Positions 39,916 through 54,538 of a stretch of DNA of 64,000 nt are shown here, piece after piece. The notes under the pieces were generated by a model. That model was not told the origin of the DNA, ran no database searches, and was given only the letters and a program-made list of their open reading frames with translations. The DNA comes from Octopus vulgaris (lineage: Eukaryota). The stretch spans positions 46,438,001 to 46,502,000 of the forward strand of contig OX597815.1 of assembly GCA_951406725.2 (NCBI GenBank), read 5' to 3'. The first letter of the stretch is position 1, and each line of letters begins with the position of its first letter. Both the position numbers and the translations under genes were made by a program.

Positions 39916-40264
39916 GACTAAGCATATAACGATAGACGGCCCATTTCTGACCATCAAGACTTTCATCAATTGAGTGTACCATGATATCCAGAATCAATGA
40001 TGAAGGAATCAGTGATAAACGAGGATAAATATATAACAAAGAGAAGTGGCTTGGCTCAATCGTTAAAGCGCGAGACAAGATATCTTGCGGTATTTCTTCC
40101 GGCTCTTTACGTTCTGTGTTCAGCCCTAACTCTAACCCTACAGAAGTCAAACTTTTTTTCATCCTTTCGATGTCGTAAAAGGAAGGGAAGTATTGGAATC
40201 GATGACATCGACGAATCTTCTGCACTACTCAAAATCTTTTGCCTTTTGCCAACATCAGAAATCA

Positions 40265-40730
40265 TTATTCATCAGCTATCAGTCAGGTGTCCTGCCTATG
40301 TTCCTGGGGGCGGCTTACCAAGACTGTCCAGTTTCCTCAGTCTGTATGGAATTACATGAATATATTCAGTCAAGCTCTTGTTTCCATTCTATTCTTTGAC
40401 GTCGTCAGCCCACAAATGTCTTTGACGACCTCTTGGTCTCTTCCCCTTCACACTTCCTGTCAGAATGATCGTGGGCATGTTGCGGATTTTTATAACCAAT
40501 ACATAGCTTTAAGAACTTAAATCTTGAAAATACGTGCCTTTGGATTTTCAGCTTTTTTAGCACTGCAGCGTTTGTTACCTCGTCTTTCCGGTTTATTCTG
40601 CCCTTTCTGTGAAAGATCCACCTCTCAAATATATTTATCTTCTTTTCCATTGCTTTGTACATTGTCCAGGTTTCTGCGCCGTAGAGGACAAATGATATAA
40701 CATAATAAACCCTTATTAAAGGCATGGTGC
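40265..40730 (-). mobile_element. RTE-clade LINE 3' end (pseudogene)
   Basis: LYGAETWTMYKAMEKKINIFERWIFHRKGRINRKDEVTNAAVL, followed by a frameshifted EGKRPRGR-like motif. Confidence 0.8.
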
Positions 40731-41079
40731 ACGATTTTGCACTACTAAACTACTATTAGACAATTATACTATTATATCCATATAGTACGTCTGCAGTATT
40801 ACGCAATTACATCGTTCCGCTGTTGCGCTATTGGCAATTTCATAGATCATCTCTCTATTATACCAGTACAATATTGCGATTAATACGTCATACTATTTAG
40901 ACTGCACCACCAGTAAACTTGACCATTACTCCATGAGCCAACAAAGGAGCCTCTACACACTTACACAGCATGCTAGAAATAGCAGCTGAATCTTCTTCAT
41001 ATTACATCCTATTTTAAGGTGGCGAGCTGGTAGAATCGTCGGTCGAAATCGTTAGAGGCAATTTCTTCCAGTTATTCTG

Positions 41080-41261
41080 TTACTTGTGTCAGTCATTTAA
41101 CAACGCCATAAAGGGTTTTTAGTCGCAGAAATCAACCCCAGGATTTATTCTTTGTAATCCTAGTACTTATTCTATCCACTCTTTTTGCCGAAGCGCAAAG
41201 TTACGAGGAGGCAAACACACCAAAATCGGTTGTCAAGTGATGTGTGGAAGATAGACACACA

Positions 41262-41305
<44 letters not shown>

Positions 41306-41309
41306 TACA

Positions 41310-41391
<82 letters not shown>

Positions 41392-41535
41392 AACACACGA
41401 CAGGCTTCTTTCAATTTTCGTCAGTTAAATCCTCTTACAAGGCTTTGGTCGGCCCGAGGCTATAGTTGCTAACACTTGCCCAAGGTGAAACCGGAACCAG
41501 GAGATTGGGAAGCAAGCTTCTTACCACACAGCCAT
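41080..41535 (-). mobile_element. SINE family A with expanded internal microsatellite
   Basis: Reverse complement of the family A consensus. Confidence 0.8.
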
Positions 41536-41579
41536 GTTAGCGTCTATAGTCGACGAAAGGTGAATGAAGCCTGTCGTAC

Positions 41580-41629
<50 letters not shown>

Positions 41630-42031
41630 ATATGTATATATATACACATACACATATACATATATTGTGTGGGGATGGGTGTGTGTGTGTGTGTGTGTCT
41701 TTACGTTCTGAACTCAAATTCCTCTGTGGTCGATGATGCCTTTCGGGGTCGAAAAAATAAATACCAGTTAAGCACTGAAGCCGATGTAATCGACTAATCC
41801 ATAATCCTTGAAATGACTGGCCTTGTGTCAAAATTTGAAACTATATTACATCCTGCATTCTTCAGAAAATAACAACACATTGGATAATATATTCCAAGAT
41901 ACATTATCTTCCAGAAAATAGACACGACGCTTCTAGAATGTCTTTGAATGTCTTTGAATATAAGTCTGTTCCAATGCGGCTCGCCTGGAGCTTAACAACA
42001 ACAGCAGCAGCAACAAAAACAACAACAGCAG

Positions 42032-42110
42032 GAGAAGAAGAAGAAGAAGAAGAAGAAGAAGAAGAAGAAGAAGAAGAAGAAGAAGAAGAAGAAGAAGAAG
42101 AAGAAGAAGA
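42032..42110. repeat. (GAA)n microsatellite
   Basis: Direct inspection. Confidence 0.95.
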
Positions 42111-42528
42111 AATATTGTAGGTTCTAAAGAGAACTGAAGCAGTGTGTCCACCACCGTCTGCAGCCATGTCAAATAACAACACGCCATTTTTCTTATTCTG
42201 CTCTCATAATCTAAGATTTCACTTATACAGTATTTTGGCCACAACTGAAATAGGGATTATGAAAATCCCATTTCGCAAGTACACCTCTTCAACGATTGTA
42301 TGTACTAACCGTGATAATTTTAGTACGTTTTCTTTGGTGTATGAATATATAATTCTTATATGTATATGTGCGTGTATGTGTGTGTGTGTGTGTGAGTGTG
42401 TATGTATATGCAGTTATAAGACACTTATATACATATACGAGAACATATTTCAAAATGTACTCGTCCGTGTTTGTTGCATAAATATACATGCGTGTACACA
42501 TACAATTACATATACACACAGTTATATG

Positions 42529-42640
<112 letters not shown>

Positions 42641-42673
42641 CAATATAAAGAGACATAGGAAAAAACAGACCCC

Positions 42674-42713
<40 letters not shown>

Positions 42714-42786
42714 TGCATATATATGTAAATATATGTAGGTATGCACATGCACAGGCTCACACACAAACACACACACACTGTATATA

Positions 42787-43598
42787 CAGGATGCGATGGG
42801 TAAATTGTCGCTATATTGTATTTTTCATTTCGCGCATGCACATTGTTTTTGATTTTGTCGACTAAACAGTATAGTAGGGTCAGTTGGGCACCATCTATGA
42901 GAAAAACAGCACCATGAAGCAATTCATTCTGCGAAAAATTGGGAAACAACATGCTGAACTGCATACCATTCGCGCCGGAAGGTATAATACGTACATTTCA
43001 GAGTTTCGGTGTCAATCTGAAGACAGTGTAATCTGAGGACATGTACCGAGAGTGATAAAAATCAAACATCCAGTCAATAACATGGTGTTTAGAGTGACCA
43101 CTAGTGATGGCGACGTTATACCGTCATTTATCTTCCCACACGGCCTCAGACTCAACACGGAAGCTTGCATCAAGTGCCTGGAGGAGGTAGTGCTGCACTG
43201 GGTTAAGAGGTTTTGGCTGCTGGAAGACCCTATGACTGGCAACAGGACTCTGCACCATGCTACACAAGCAGGAGAACCCAGTCATAGCTGTCAGACAATT
43301 TCTGCGACCACATCACCCCTAACATATAGCCACCTAACTCCCCTGAATGCAACCCCATTGATTATTACGTGTGGGGTACACTTGAGCGAGAGACCAACGA
43401 AACTCCTTGTAAAACCAAAGATGACTGTCCAGAAGAATTGTAGAAGATTCCGAAGTCGTCTGGAGGCCGTGGTTGAAGCCGATGGCAATTTTATTGAATA
43501 GATTTACTCTTTAGTATTTCAAGATATTTTTATGTAATTTTGGTAAATATATCTGTTATTTTGCGTAATTTGGACGACAGTTTATTCACCGTACCCTG
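42787..43598 (+). mobile_element. Internally deleted maT/DD37D-like (Tc1/mariner) transposon
   Basis: TA|CAGG...CCTG|TA ends; KHPVNNMVF, WQQDSAPC, PNSPECNPIDYYVWG and FRSRLEAVVEADG motifs across frames. Confidence 0.85.
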
Positions 43599-43628
43599 TA
43601 TGTTTATGTATATGTATGTGTGTGTGTG

Positions 43629-44300
43629 TGTAGCGGGTATGATTCTTGGCCACTACTTCTGGTCTGATCTGAGGGTAGCCCTTAAAGGACGGTTATCGCA
43701 ATTAGATCCGATCCAAGAATAGTCCTAAAAAGGACTGTTATCGTAATTAGATCGGGTCTGAGAGTAGTCCTGAAAAGGACGGTTATCGCAATTAGATCCG
43801 ATCCAAGAATAGTCCTAAAAAGGACTGTTATCGTAATTAGATCGGATCTGAGAGTAGTCCTAAAAAAGACTGTTATCGCATTCAGATCAGACTTGAATTA
43901 GCCCTGAAAAGGACTGTAGTCGTAATCAGCAAAACTAGACAGACGAAAGCAGTAGTTGAAATGACGAGCAGACAAGAGGTGTAAGTTTATACAGCGATTT
44001 ATTTCAGGCGTGAAATAGCAGTACAAAGGTTCGAGGCGGCGTGAGTGGCGAGCGTGGCAGGCGAGAGGGACACGATTTACATCAGTCGAGTGCCAAAAAG
44101 CCAGCTGCCTTTACATCGATTTATGATGTCTATTTATACAAAAATATCAGCAGTGATGTTTAGCCAGTGTCCAATAGAATGGCAGGTAGGTAGCTTTTGT
44201 CCAATGAAAGGTCAGGCAAGTCGCTGGGGGTAGTTGCTTTGTTTTCTCTGGTGATGGCAGATGTATTTCCGGTGTCCGTGCAAGTTACTTCCGGTGACTG

Positions 44301-44304
<4 letters not shown>
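43629..44304 (-). mobile_element. Probable solo LTR containing a 45-bp tandem array
   Basis: TGTA...TACA ends; AATAAA on the minus strand (~44000); two CCAAT motifs; embedded between (TG)n and (TA)n. Confidence 0.45.
43674..43925. repeat. 45-bp tandem repeat with A/B alternation (about six units)
   Basis: TAGTCCTAAAAAGGACTGTTATCGTAATTAGATCGGATCTGAGAG alternates with TAGTCCTGAAAAGGACGGTTATCGCAATTAGATCCGATCCAAGAA. Confidence 0.9.
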
Positions 44305-44343
<39 letters not shown>

Positions 44344-45110
44344 CCATAATTATATATAATTAATCTAATCATTCGTGCGTGAATATATGGAGATGTATGT
44401 GTAGATATGTATGCATCCTTTACTTCAAATTTAAACGATTAATCCTTCCAAGTATTAGGAAGAAATGATTACCTCCTTTGAACTAACTTAATTGCTCATG
44501 AGGAAGAGGACAGTGTCTTGGTATCTTCTTGGATGTTTTTACTGAATATTTTGTTGGGCAACGAATGAATTATTAGCACTTATTTTATTTGCCCTGTGAG
44601 AAGAAAAAGCAAATCTCACTCTGGCTAGATTTGAACACACAAGAAAGAGGTGAAGAGAGTAAGTATTTTAAGATAATAACATCACGACAATACATATCAT
44701 GCGAGCACATACCCCCTCTTTGTGTAGAGAAATAACAGAATTTCTAATTTAAACAGAGGACTAAAACTGTACAAGAGACACCTAGTCATGTCTCCATTGG
44801 GATATTACGTGAAATCCATAAAGAATGAAACGAAGAAATGCCTGTAGTTTTAGGAGACTAAACGATAAATGTGAGTTAGCTTAGAAGGGTTTTTCCCCAC
44901 GCTAGTATCAATTTCAATGAACTAAAACCGTGGGTTACAATAAAACTATACCCAACATTTTTGTTCTAAGTTTGTGTGTACTTGTGTGAGCGTGTGCCTG
45001 TTCGTATGCATGCATTCTCTATGTATATGCTTGCGTGAATACATATAGGGTCACAATGAACAACTCTCAAACACACACACACACACACACACGCACACAC
45101 ACACGCACAC

Positions 45111-45193
<83 letters not shown>

Positions 45194-45504
45194 CACATGC
45201 TCCAAATATAAAGTGGATAAAAAAACGTGCTTGCTTTTATGTCAGCAAATCCGCGGTGCAATGGCCCCTCCTTGAATCAGGGTACAATTTTCTTATACAC
45301 GTGATCGGAGTTTTAGTATATGGTCGACTTGACTGATTATTTTTTTATTATTTGCATATACCATGATCAGCATCTGATCTTGGCATGCTATACCTTTTAG
45401 GAAATCTCTATGTCTAAGCTACAGCATAAAAATTTCAACTCCCTAGGTCGGTTTTTAGGGGTTTAGAGCCAAAAGGCCAAGCCGAAGCTAAATTTATATG
45501 ATAA

Positions 45505-45642
45505 AAGTGAGTAGTTATCAGTTAGCGTTAGCTTCCGCTAATTTATTTTACCTGTTTAGCAGTATAGCGTTTGTGAGGTTAACTTTTAGTTAGCGGATTA
45601 GCAGTTAGCGAAGCAGTTTTTGGTTAGCTGTACCCCCCACTG
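45505..45642. mobile_element. hAT-like transposon terminus
   Basis: Repeated TTAGC(G) subterminal motifs ending GTTAGCTGTACCCCCCACTG. Confidence 0.45.
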
Positions 45643-45823
45643 TTTGTCAGTTATTGTTGAAGAGATCCTTACAGTTTCATACCGAATGATAACTGAATAA
45701 GAAACGTCTCGTCTCATGTGAGAATTTTCCATGTTTTTCCTTGTATAAATTTTAGAACTTATCACTTGTAACGGTACGCACCATTTTACTTTTACTTATT
45801 CAGCATTATATATATATATATAA

Positions 45824-45972
<149 letters not shown>

Positions 45973-46055
45973 AGCAACAAGGATATCCTTGTTGCTTATT
46001 TTGATTTTAATCACCTTACTTTAAAATTTTATGGATAGACAAATTGTATGGAAAA

Positions 46056-46739
46056 AACGAAAGTGCTGCGTATCAACAACAAGCAAGGAAAGCCAATCAA
46101 AATCGAGGGGGCACCTGTGGAGGACGTTAGTGAGTTTGTCTATCTTGGCAGCAAGATCAGCAAATCAGGTGGATCAGGCGAGGACATCACGGCAAGAAGC
46201 AAGAAGGCTTGGCAAGCTTTCGGTCTGTATGGAAGTCCACTGCCATCTCAACTCGAACTAAACTTCGCTTATTTACTTATTTAGTTCAAACGTAAAATCT
46301 GTGCTTTTGTATGGTTCTGAAACATGGAGAACCACCTGCAGCAACTACAAGAAGATCCAGACCTTCATTAACAAATGTCTCCGGCAGATCCACCATCCGA
46401 AGTGGTTCGACAGAGTGCCAAACACCGACCTGTAGGAAAGAGCCAACCAGGAGCCCATACATGTTCAGATTAGACGAAGGAAATGGAGATGGATCGGACA
46501 CACACTGCGGAAAGAACCCTCAAATGTGACACGACAAGCGCTTGACTGGAACCCGCAGGGGAAAAGGAAGTGAGAACGCTCGAAGCAGACATGGAAGCAG
46601 AACATTTTGGACGAGCACGGGACCACCGGCCTGACATGGGAAGCAGCCAAGAAACACGCCAATGACTGTAAAATGTGGAAAACAACTGTTGAGGCCCTAT
46701 GCTCTACAAGGGGCAAAAAGGATTAAGAAGAAGATAAGA

Positions 46740-46740
<1 letters not shown>
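46056..46740 (+). mobile_element. RTE-clade LINE 3' fragment (RT C-terminus pseudogene)
   Basis: KTKVLRIN...VSEFVYLGS...LYGSETW...[13 protein letters not shown]...[10 protein letters not shown]; (AAG)n-like tail. Confidence 0.9.
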
Positions 46741-46789
<49 letters not shown>

Positions 46790-46791
<2 letters not shown>

Positions 46792-47023
46792 CGGGAAGCT
46801 TTATGAAAATAGACAAAATACGAAGGCAGGTTTACGGAAATAAACAAAAGACGAAGGCAGGTGGAATACAAACAAACAATTGTATTAGTATGGCGCTCAG
46901 GAAATATAAATAAAACAAGTCTTTAGCGTTTCGAGCCTACGCTCTTCAACAGAAAGATACACAGAGAAGAAACACAGAAAGAAGGAGAGAAAAAAATGCG
47001 TGCAGAGGCTAGCGAATCAACAT

Positions 47024-47026
<3 letters not shown>
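46790..47026 (-). mobile_element. PLE pLTR fragment with hammerhead-like motif, between two (TA)n tracts
   Basis: Reverse complement TCTTTCTGTTGAAGAGCGTAGGCTCGAAACGCTAAAGAC; homologous to 26870-27060. Confidence 0.7.
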
Positions 47027-47068
<42 letters not shown>

Positions 47069-47655
47069 ATCAATATAGGGTGGCAAAATTTAATTTAATC
47101 AGGTTAGTTTACCATTAAACAGTAGACGAAACGGTGCATCGTATAAGAAATTACAGGGTAAATGTTTTTTTAATTTTCTCCTGGTTTACGGAATTGATGT
47201 TATTTTGCGGTTGAAGCTTTTGGCTGTTATTTCTAGTGGGTGAATGACCTATTATGGCCGTTCCTTGATTGTGATATATATATATATTATATTATATTAG
47301 AGATAAAACCACTATTAGGCAAATCAAACAGTGAAAATCCTAAGCCAATACATAGAAATAAAATTAATTAAAAAATATAAAAAATGCAAAATATAAAATA
47401 TAAAAATCCAATTAAAATGTTTAAATTAAAGTTAAAATTTTAAAAAATTGTTTAAATTAATAAATTAAACTTATAAATTTTAAATATATATATATATTAT
47501 TTTATTTATTTATTTATTTTTTAATTTAAACAAATTTTTTAATTTTATTTTTTTTAAAATTTTAAACTATCAAAAAGTATTAAAAGTTTAATATAAGATA
47601 AAGAGTATATAATATAATATAAAGAGTATATAAAGAGTAATATAAGATAAAGATC

Positions 47656-47754
<99 letters not shown>

Positions 47755-47941
47755 GTAAAAGTAAAAGAATATACAAACTGGGGCAAGAACGTGAAACATT
47801 TAGAAGACGACACAATAAACACGGACGGGACATTCGAAGCCCTCAATCATCAGTCAAGAACCGGATCATCTCCGCAATTTCGGCTGATTAATCTTCAGAT
47901 TGCTCCGATCTGGGCAGCCCCCAAGGGAAATCTAAGCCGAT

Positions 47942-48001
<60 letters not shown>

Positions 48002-48310
48002 CGTTGGTTCCCTAAAAAATGTGACCAAGTAGAACTGTAATGCATGAGGACATTCGATACAAGTCGTATAATGTACTGTGGCATCGCATAACCATTGTTT
48101 CCATTTTTTTAAAAGTTGATATTTAGTCTGAGACTGTTGGAGGCCCCCGCATCGGAGAAAAGTTTTACGGCTTACTACGTTCTAAGTTCAAATTCCGCCA
48201 AGGTCAGCTTTTGCTTTTTATTTCATATGAGTGAATATATTTGTGTGTGTGTGTGTGTTTCTATGTATCTATGCCTTCGTAGTATTTGTGTCAGAATATG
48301 AGTGTAAGTA

Positions 48311-49005
48311 AGGCGGCGAGCTGGCAGAAACGTTAGCGCACCGGGCGAAATGCTTAGCGATATTTCGTCTGCTGCTACGTTCTGAGTTCAAATTCTGCCG
48401 AGGTCGACTTTGCCTTTCCTCCTTTAGGGATCGATAAATTAAGTACCAGTTACGCACTGGGGTCGATGTAATCGACTTAATCCGTTTGTCTGTCCCCTCT
48501 ATGTTTAGCCCCTTGTGGGTAATAAAGAAACAGGTAATTCGTCTGCTGCTACGTTCTGAGTTCAAATTCCGTCGAGGTCGACTTTGTCTTTCATATATCA
48601 GGGTCGATTAAATATGTACCAGTTACGCACTGGGGTCGATATAATCGACTTAATCCGTTTGTCTGTCCTTGTTTGCCCTCTCTGTGTTTAGCCCCTTGTG
48701 GGAAGTAATGAAATAGATATTTCGTTTGTGTTTACGTTCTGAGTTCAAATTCCGCCAAGGTCGACTTTGCCTTTCATATTTTCGGGGTCGATAAATTAAG
48801 TATCAGTAAAATACTGGGGTCGATCTAATCGACTGTTCTCCTCCCCAAAAATATGAGTGTAAGCATCGAATTCCGCTGAGGTCGACTTTGCCTTTCATTA
48901 CCTTGGGCTCGATAAAATAAGTACCCCGTTTAAGCACCGGGGTCGATGCAATCGACTTAACTCAGCCCGCCAAAGTGCTGGCCTTGTGTCAAAATTTGAA
49001 ACCAA
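48311..49005 (+). mobile_element. SINE B multimer (one head plus four body units)
   Basis: TTCCG...AGGTCGACTTTG at about 48394, 48567, 48750 and 48871. Confidence 0.85.
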
Positions 49006-49946
49006 TATGAGTGTATGTATGAGTATGTGTACTATAATGACTGATAGAAATTGCGAGGAAGACGCACTTGATAAACTCCAGTCCCCCTTTCAGCCTATTT
49101 CAGTGGTTGCATAACTATGCTCATAGTCAAAATAATCATGCCCAACATCATCACCATCATCATAAGCGGTAGCAGCAGTAGCAGTAGGAGCAGTAGCGGC
49201 AATAGCAATAAATATTATCATAGACATCATTATAAGCATCATTATGTTTCTCAATATCGATGACGTCATCATCATCGTCATCGTCACTGTTGTCGTCATG
49301 ATAATCATTATCATAACTACCACTATCAATGTTGTCATCATCATCATCATTATTGTTATCAACACTGCCACCGACTCCACCACTACTACTACCACCACTA
49401 GCAACTCCATCATCATGATCATCAGCATGATCATGATTACCATCATCATCATCATCATCATCATAGTCCCGAAATCACTATACCTAAAAGAAATACGAGA
49501 TGATCAGGGCTGAATAACCTTTGATCTCTAAGTCCATTTGATCGGGGTTTCCCCGGGGCCAAAAAAACACACGCAAAAGAAAACATAATGAAATAAAATA
49601 AAATAAACAGTAACACAATCGCCACCACCGAAACCACCACCATCATCACCATCACCACCACCACCACCACCACCACCACCACCGCCACCACCACTGCCAC
49701 AGCCGCCGCCGCCGCCGTCATCATCAAGGATTTTGAGCTCTTTTCATATTAATTACTTAGATTTTCTATCCTCATTTGTTTCCTCCATTGATTCTCTGTG
49801 TATCTGTCTGTCTGTCTGTCTCTCTTTCTCTCTTTACCTTCAACTCTCTCACTATATAAACATATGTACGTGTATTTGTGTATTAGTCTATATGCACATA
49901 TTTGTGAGCATACCTTTATACATATACATATATACATATATATATG

Positions 49947-49997
<51 letters not shown>

Positions 49998-50079
49998 TTA
50001 TATGTATAACTCTGTAAAGTATGTATATATCTGCACATGCACATACACGCTTGTGAATGTATGTGTACAAGTATGTATG

Positions 50080-50127
<48 letters not shown>

Positions 50128-50507
50128 TATATATACATAGACATATATATTATATTACATTAAATTATATTATATATGAACATCTCATACTGTTCTATAA
50201 ATGGAATTTGCTTTCTTCGATGTCACCTCTGTGTACCAGCGTCTAATATGATAGATATCTATATGCGTATATAATTACACCTTAACCTTCCCACATATAT
50301 ATCTGTGTATGTCTCTACCTGTGTGCGTGTATGCCTCTGTGTGTGCGTGCGCATACGCGCATGTTTCCTTTGTAAGTCAGTGCGATCTGCACGCCTGCAC
50401 GCACAGGTGTATAAACGTAGGTATGTGCCGTTGCATATTTCGTTGTTTGTTTTCTTTCTGTGTATGTATAGCTTCCATGATTGCGCATATTCCTCCCGTC
50501 CTTATTC

Positions 50508-50828
50508 TATGTATGTATGTATGTATGTATGTATGTATGTATGTATGTATGTATGTATGTATGTATGTGTGTGTATGTATGTATGTATGTATGCATGTAT
50601 GTATGTGTGTGTGTATGTATGTGTGTATGTATGTATGTATGTATGTATGTGTATGTGTGTGTGTGTGTATGTATGCATGTATGTATGTATGTATGTATGT
50701 ATGTATGTGTATGTATGTATGTGTGTATGTATGTATGTATGTATGAATGTATGTATGCATGCATGCATGCATGCATGTATGTATGTATGTATGTATGTAT
50801 GTATGTATATATGTATGTATGTATGTAT
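50508..50828. repeat. (TATG)n compound microsatellite
   Basis: Direct inspection. Confidence 0.95.
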
Positions 50829-51488
50829 TGTAGAGATGGCAGCTAGCATATGCATGTATGTAATGTAGAGAGAGAGCAGCTAGCTCATACAAACTTCATC
50901 ACGAAATCCTTCCCCATTCACAACCTGTATTTGTTTCACGATCTCCTCCGCAATGTCATAAAACTCTCTATAGTTTGTCTGTCTGCCACTCTTAAAGCTA
51001 TAACTAACCGTCAGCTCTAAGACAAACGGAGATCAATGCGTGCAGAATAGTAGAAAAACACTTTGGCAGTATATTCGTGTCGTTAGCCCGGCTTAACAAA
51101 CGACAATAAATGGCTTTGCGTGCAATTTGGACCAGCGAGTACATGTCAGTGTTATAAGCTGGTCGACTAAATACAGGGGAGAAGTATGAGTGATTATGCC
51201 TGTATGCGTGTTATTCCTATCTATTACTTTCCTCTACTTTCTCTCACCTTCTCTCTGTACATATCTTTGTCTTACGTTCTCTACCTTTCTGTTATTCTCT
51301 CTTTTTGTTCTGTCTCTGCTTCTCTTTTCCCCTGCTTGTGTGCATGAGAAAGTACTTGAATGTATTTGTGTGTGTGAGTGTGTGTATGTGTATGTGTGGG
51401 TGGGTGTGTGTGTGTGTGTTCTAAGAGAGTGTCTGTATTTGGATTGCTGAGTACATGGTGATATGCTTTCGTGCAGAGTGGTTTCACA

Positions 51489-51614
<126 letters not shown>

Positions 51615-51799
51615 CATACATGCATACATACATATACTACGATAAAGAAATATGTTATGACTATCATTTATATATATATACATAAGACCGACAGAGATAA
51701 ATGGATAGACTGATAAACGCATACACGCACACAGAAACACAGATGTAAACACAACTCTCTCATCCCCCCTCTCTCTCTCTCTCTCTATCTATCTCTATC

Positions 51800-51830
<31 letters not shown>

Positions 51831-51896
51831 AACTTCGTTGAGTATTTATCTGTACGTGTCTTCCCTGGTATACATACATATACATATGTATATATA

Positions 51897-52007
<111 letters not shown>

Positions 52008-52184
52008 GTGTGTATGTGTGTGGTGTGTGTGTGTGTCTGTGGTTGTGCATGTGAGTATACTGCATGTTTTCGGAATATCGTTCCACGCATGGTACCTTGG
52101 GCAAGTTTCTTTTACTAAAACTTCAGGCCTGTAAGTAGATTTGATAGAGAAAACTGGAAGAAGCCCGTCGCGTGAGTGTATATA

Positions 52185-52220
<36 letters not shown>

Positions 52221-52349
52221 TGTATGTATGTATGTATGTATGTATGTATGTATGTATGTATGTATGTATGCGCGCACGCATGTGTCCATCCCCAACATTG
52301 AGTGTTATCGACGAATACGGATGGAGAAGGTTGTGCATACCCTTTCCTA

Positions 52350-52700
52350 TCTCATACGTGTTTAAACCTGAATGACTTCCTAATGGCAGATCTCAACGTA
52401 GCAATGCTGCTTTGAAGTATTGTACTGGAGTCTGTCCTCAATGACACCTCCTCCATTAAAATACTACAAGGATACAAATCTGGTGAGTTAAAAAAACAGT
52501 CTTCCTTGGGGATAAATTGTCGACGTTTCACCTTGAAATAATCTTGCACATGCTTTGAACAGACTCTAGTATAGAATCACTAGCAGAAGAACAAATACAA
52601 CCTGGCCGCATATAATCTCATTCAGATCGTAATGGCTGATGAAATCCATTTACTATTGGTTGTTCAAATACTCGCATGACAGTTATTTGATATGGCTCTA
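52350..52700 (-). mobile_element. Decayed Tc1/mariner (maT-like) catalytic-domain fragment
   Basis: NSPDLYPC...SIATLRSAIRKSF resembles SPDLNP. Confidence 0.45.
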
Positions 52701-53603
52701 AAACACCAGCGTTAGTTGAAAACTTGTTTTGCAGGATAGATGCAAAATTCAGAAGGCGTGAATAGAATATTTTCTATCATAGACACAAGGCTTGAAATTT
52801 TAGGAAAGGGTATAGCCCATTTCATCGATCCAGCGGTTAAGTGGTACTTATTTTATTGACCCCAAAAAGATGAACGGCAAAGTCAATCTGAGGATGTCCA
52901 TTACATGGACGTCCTTAATCGGAACTTAATTTATCAACCGCAAAAGGATGAAAGGCAAAGTCGACCTGAGTGCTATCTGAACTCAGAACGTTAAGCAATT
53001 TGTCCGGCGTTCTAATAGTTCTGCCAGCTCATAACAGGAACGTCTCAGTATTTATTTCCCTCGACAAAATATCTCAGCTACTTCATGTTTCATATAATAG
53101 CAAGGCTTTAGACTCTCTCAGTCCAAACAGCTTCAGAAGAGTCAGTGAGAAATGATTTGACACCTGCAAAACGTATGACTTTATACCTAAGTCATTTTTT
53201 CAACGACTTTGTTATTATTATTCTGCAGATCATAGCATAGTTTCGTTTTGTAAGTTTTATCATATTGGTACATGGATGGATATAAAGTACCGGATCTTTT
53301 TAAACATAGAAAATGGCGGGTTTCGATGAACTCAATAACAGCACCGTGAGATGAATAGAAAACGTCTCTTGTAGCTTTTAGCTCAGCCAGAATAAAGAAA
53401 ACTAGTGTCTTTGTATATCCTGCGTTGTCAGTGACATTATGGGGACTACGTCAGACGCGGTTAATTTTGCCAATAATATTTTGTTTACATATCTCTAGTA
53501 CAAGATTCCATGAAACATATCTCTAGTACAAGATTCCATGAAACGCGGACTCTCTATATGCAATATGTGTGTGAATGTGTGTGCGCGCGCGCATTTGTGT
53601 TGA

Positions 53604-53634
<31 letters not shown>

Positions 53635-53650
53635 TGTATGTATGTATGTA

Positions 53651-54460
53651 CAGGTTGCGGTGAATAAACTCGTCTAAATTATGCAAAAATGAAAATAACA
53701 CTGACATCTCATTTTAGCAGATATATTTGATCAAAATAGCATAAAAATGTCTTGAAATACTTCACAGTAAAGTCAATCAAGAAAATCGCCGTTGGCTTCA
53801 ACCACGGCCTCTAGATGACTTCGGAATCTCCTGCAACTCTACTGGACGGTCGCCTTCTTTAAGTTGGTGAATGCTGCCATAATCCTTGCCTTCAGTTCAT
53901 CGTTGGTGTTACAAGGAGGTTTGTTGGTCTTTCGCTCAACTGCGCCCCACACATAATAATCAAGGGGGTTGCGGTGCGGGGAGTTAGGTGGCAAGGGGTG
54001 GTGTAGTCGCATAAATTGTCTGACAGCTATGACTGGGTTTTCCTGCTTGTGTAGCATGGTGCAGAGTCCTGTTGCCAGACATACGGTTTTCCATCAGCCA
54101 TCCTCTTGATCCAGGGCAGCACTATCCCCTCCAGGCACTTAATGTGGGCAACCGTGCTGAGTGGGAGAAAATGAATGGAGGCATAACATCGCCATCACTA
54201 GTGATCACTCCAAACATGTTGTTGGTTGGATGTTTGATTTTTATCATTCTCGGTACATGTGCTCAGATTGACACCCAAACACTGAAATATTGGTATTGGA
54301 GTTTGCCAAATAGTACAGCAAGTTGTTTCAAAATTTTTGGCAGAGTGAATTGTGTCATAGTGTTGTTTTTCTCACAGACGGTACCCAACTGACCCTACTA
54401 TACTGTGTAGGCGACAAAATAAAAAATAAACAAGGTGCATGCGTGAAATTAAAATTATAA
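53651..54460 (-). mobile_element. Second internally deleted maT/DD37D-like copy
   Basis: PPNSPHRNPLDYYVWGAVER; terminus CAGGTTGCGGTGAATAAACT; homologous to 42787-43598. Confidence 0.85.
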
Positions 54461-54492
54461 ATTAAAATAAGGCTGTATATATGTGTGTGTGC

Positions 54493-54538
<46 letters not shown>

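Noticed and set aside
43674-43925. CRISPR-like palindromic repeat array
   Set aside because: The inter-hairpin segments are themselves repeated (no unique spacers), there are no cas genes, and the context is eukaryotic.
47790-47940. Two minus-strand CUGANGA motifs
   Set aside because: I could not build convincing stems II and III around either, although the fragment sits between microsatellites like the PLE pieces.
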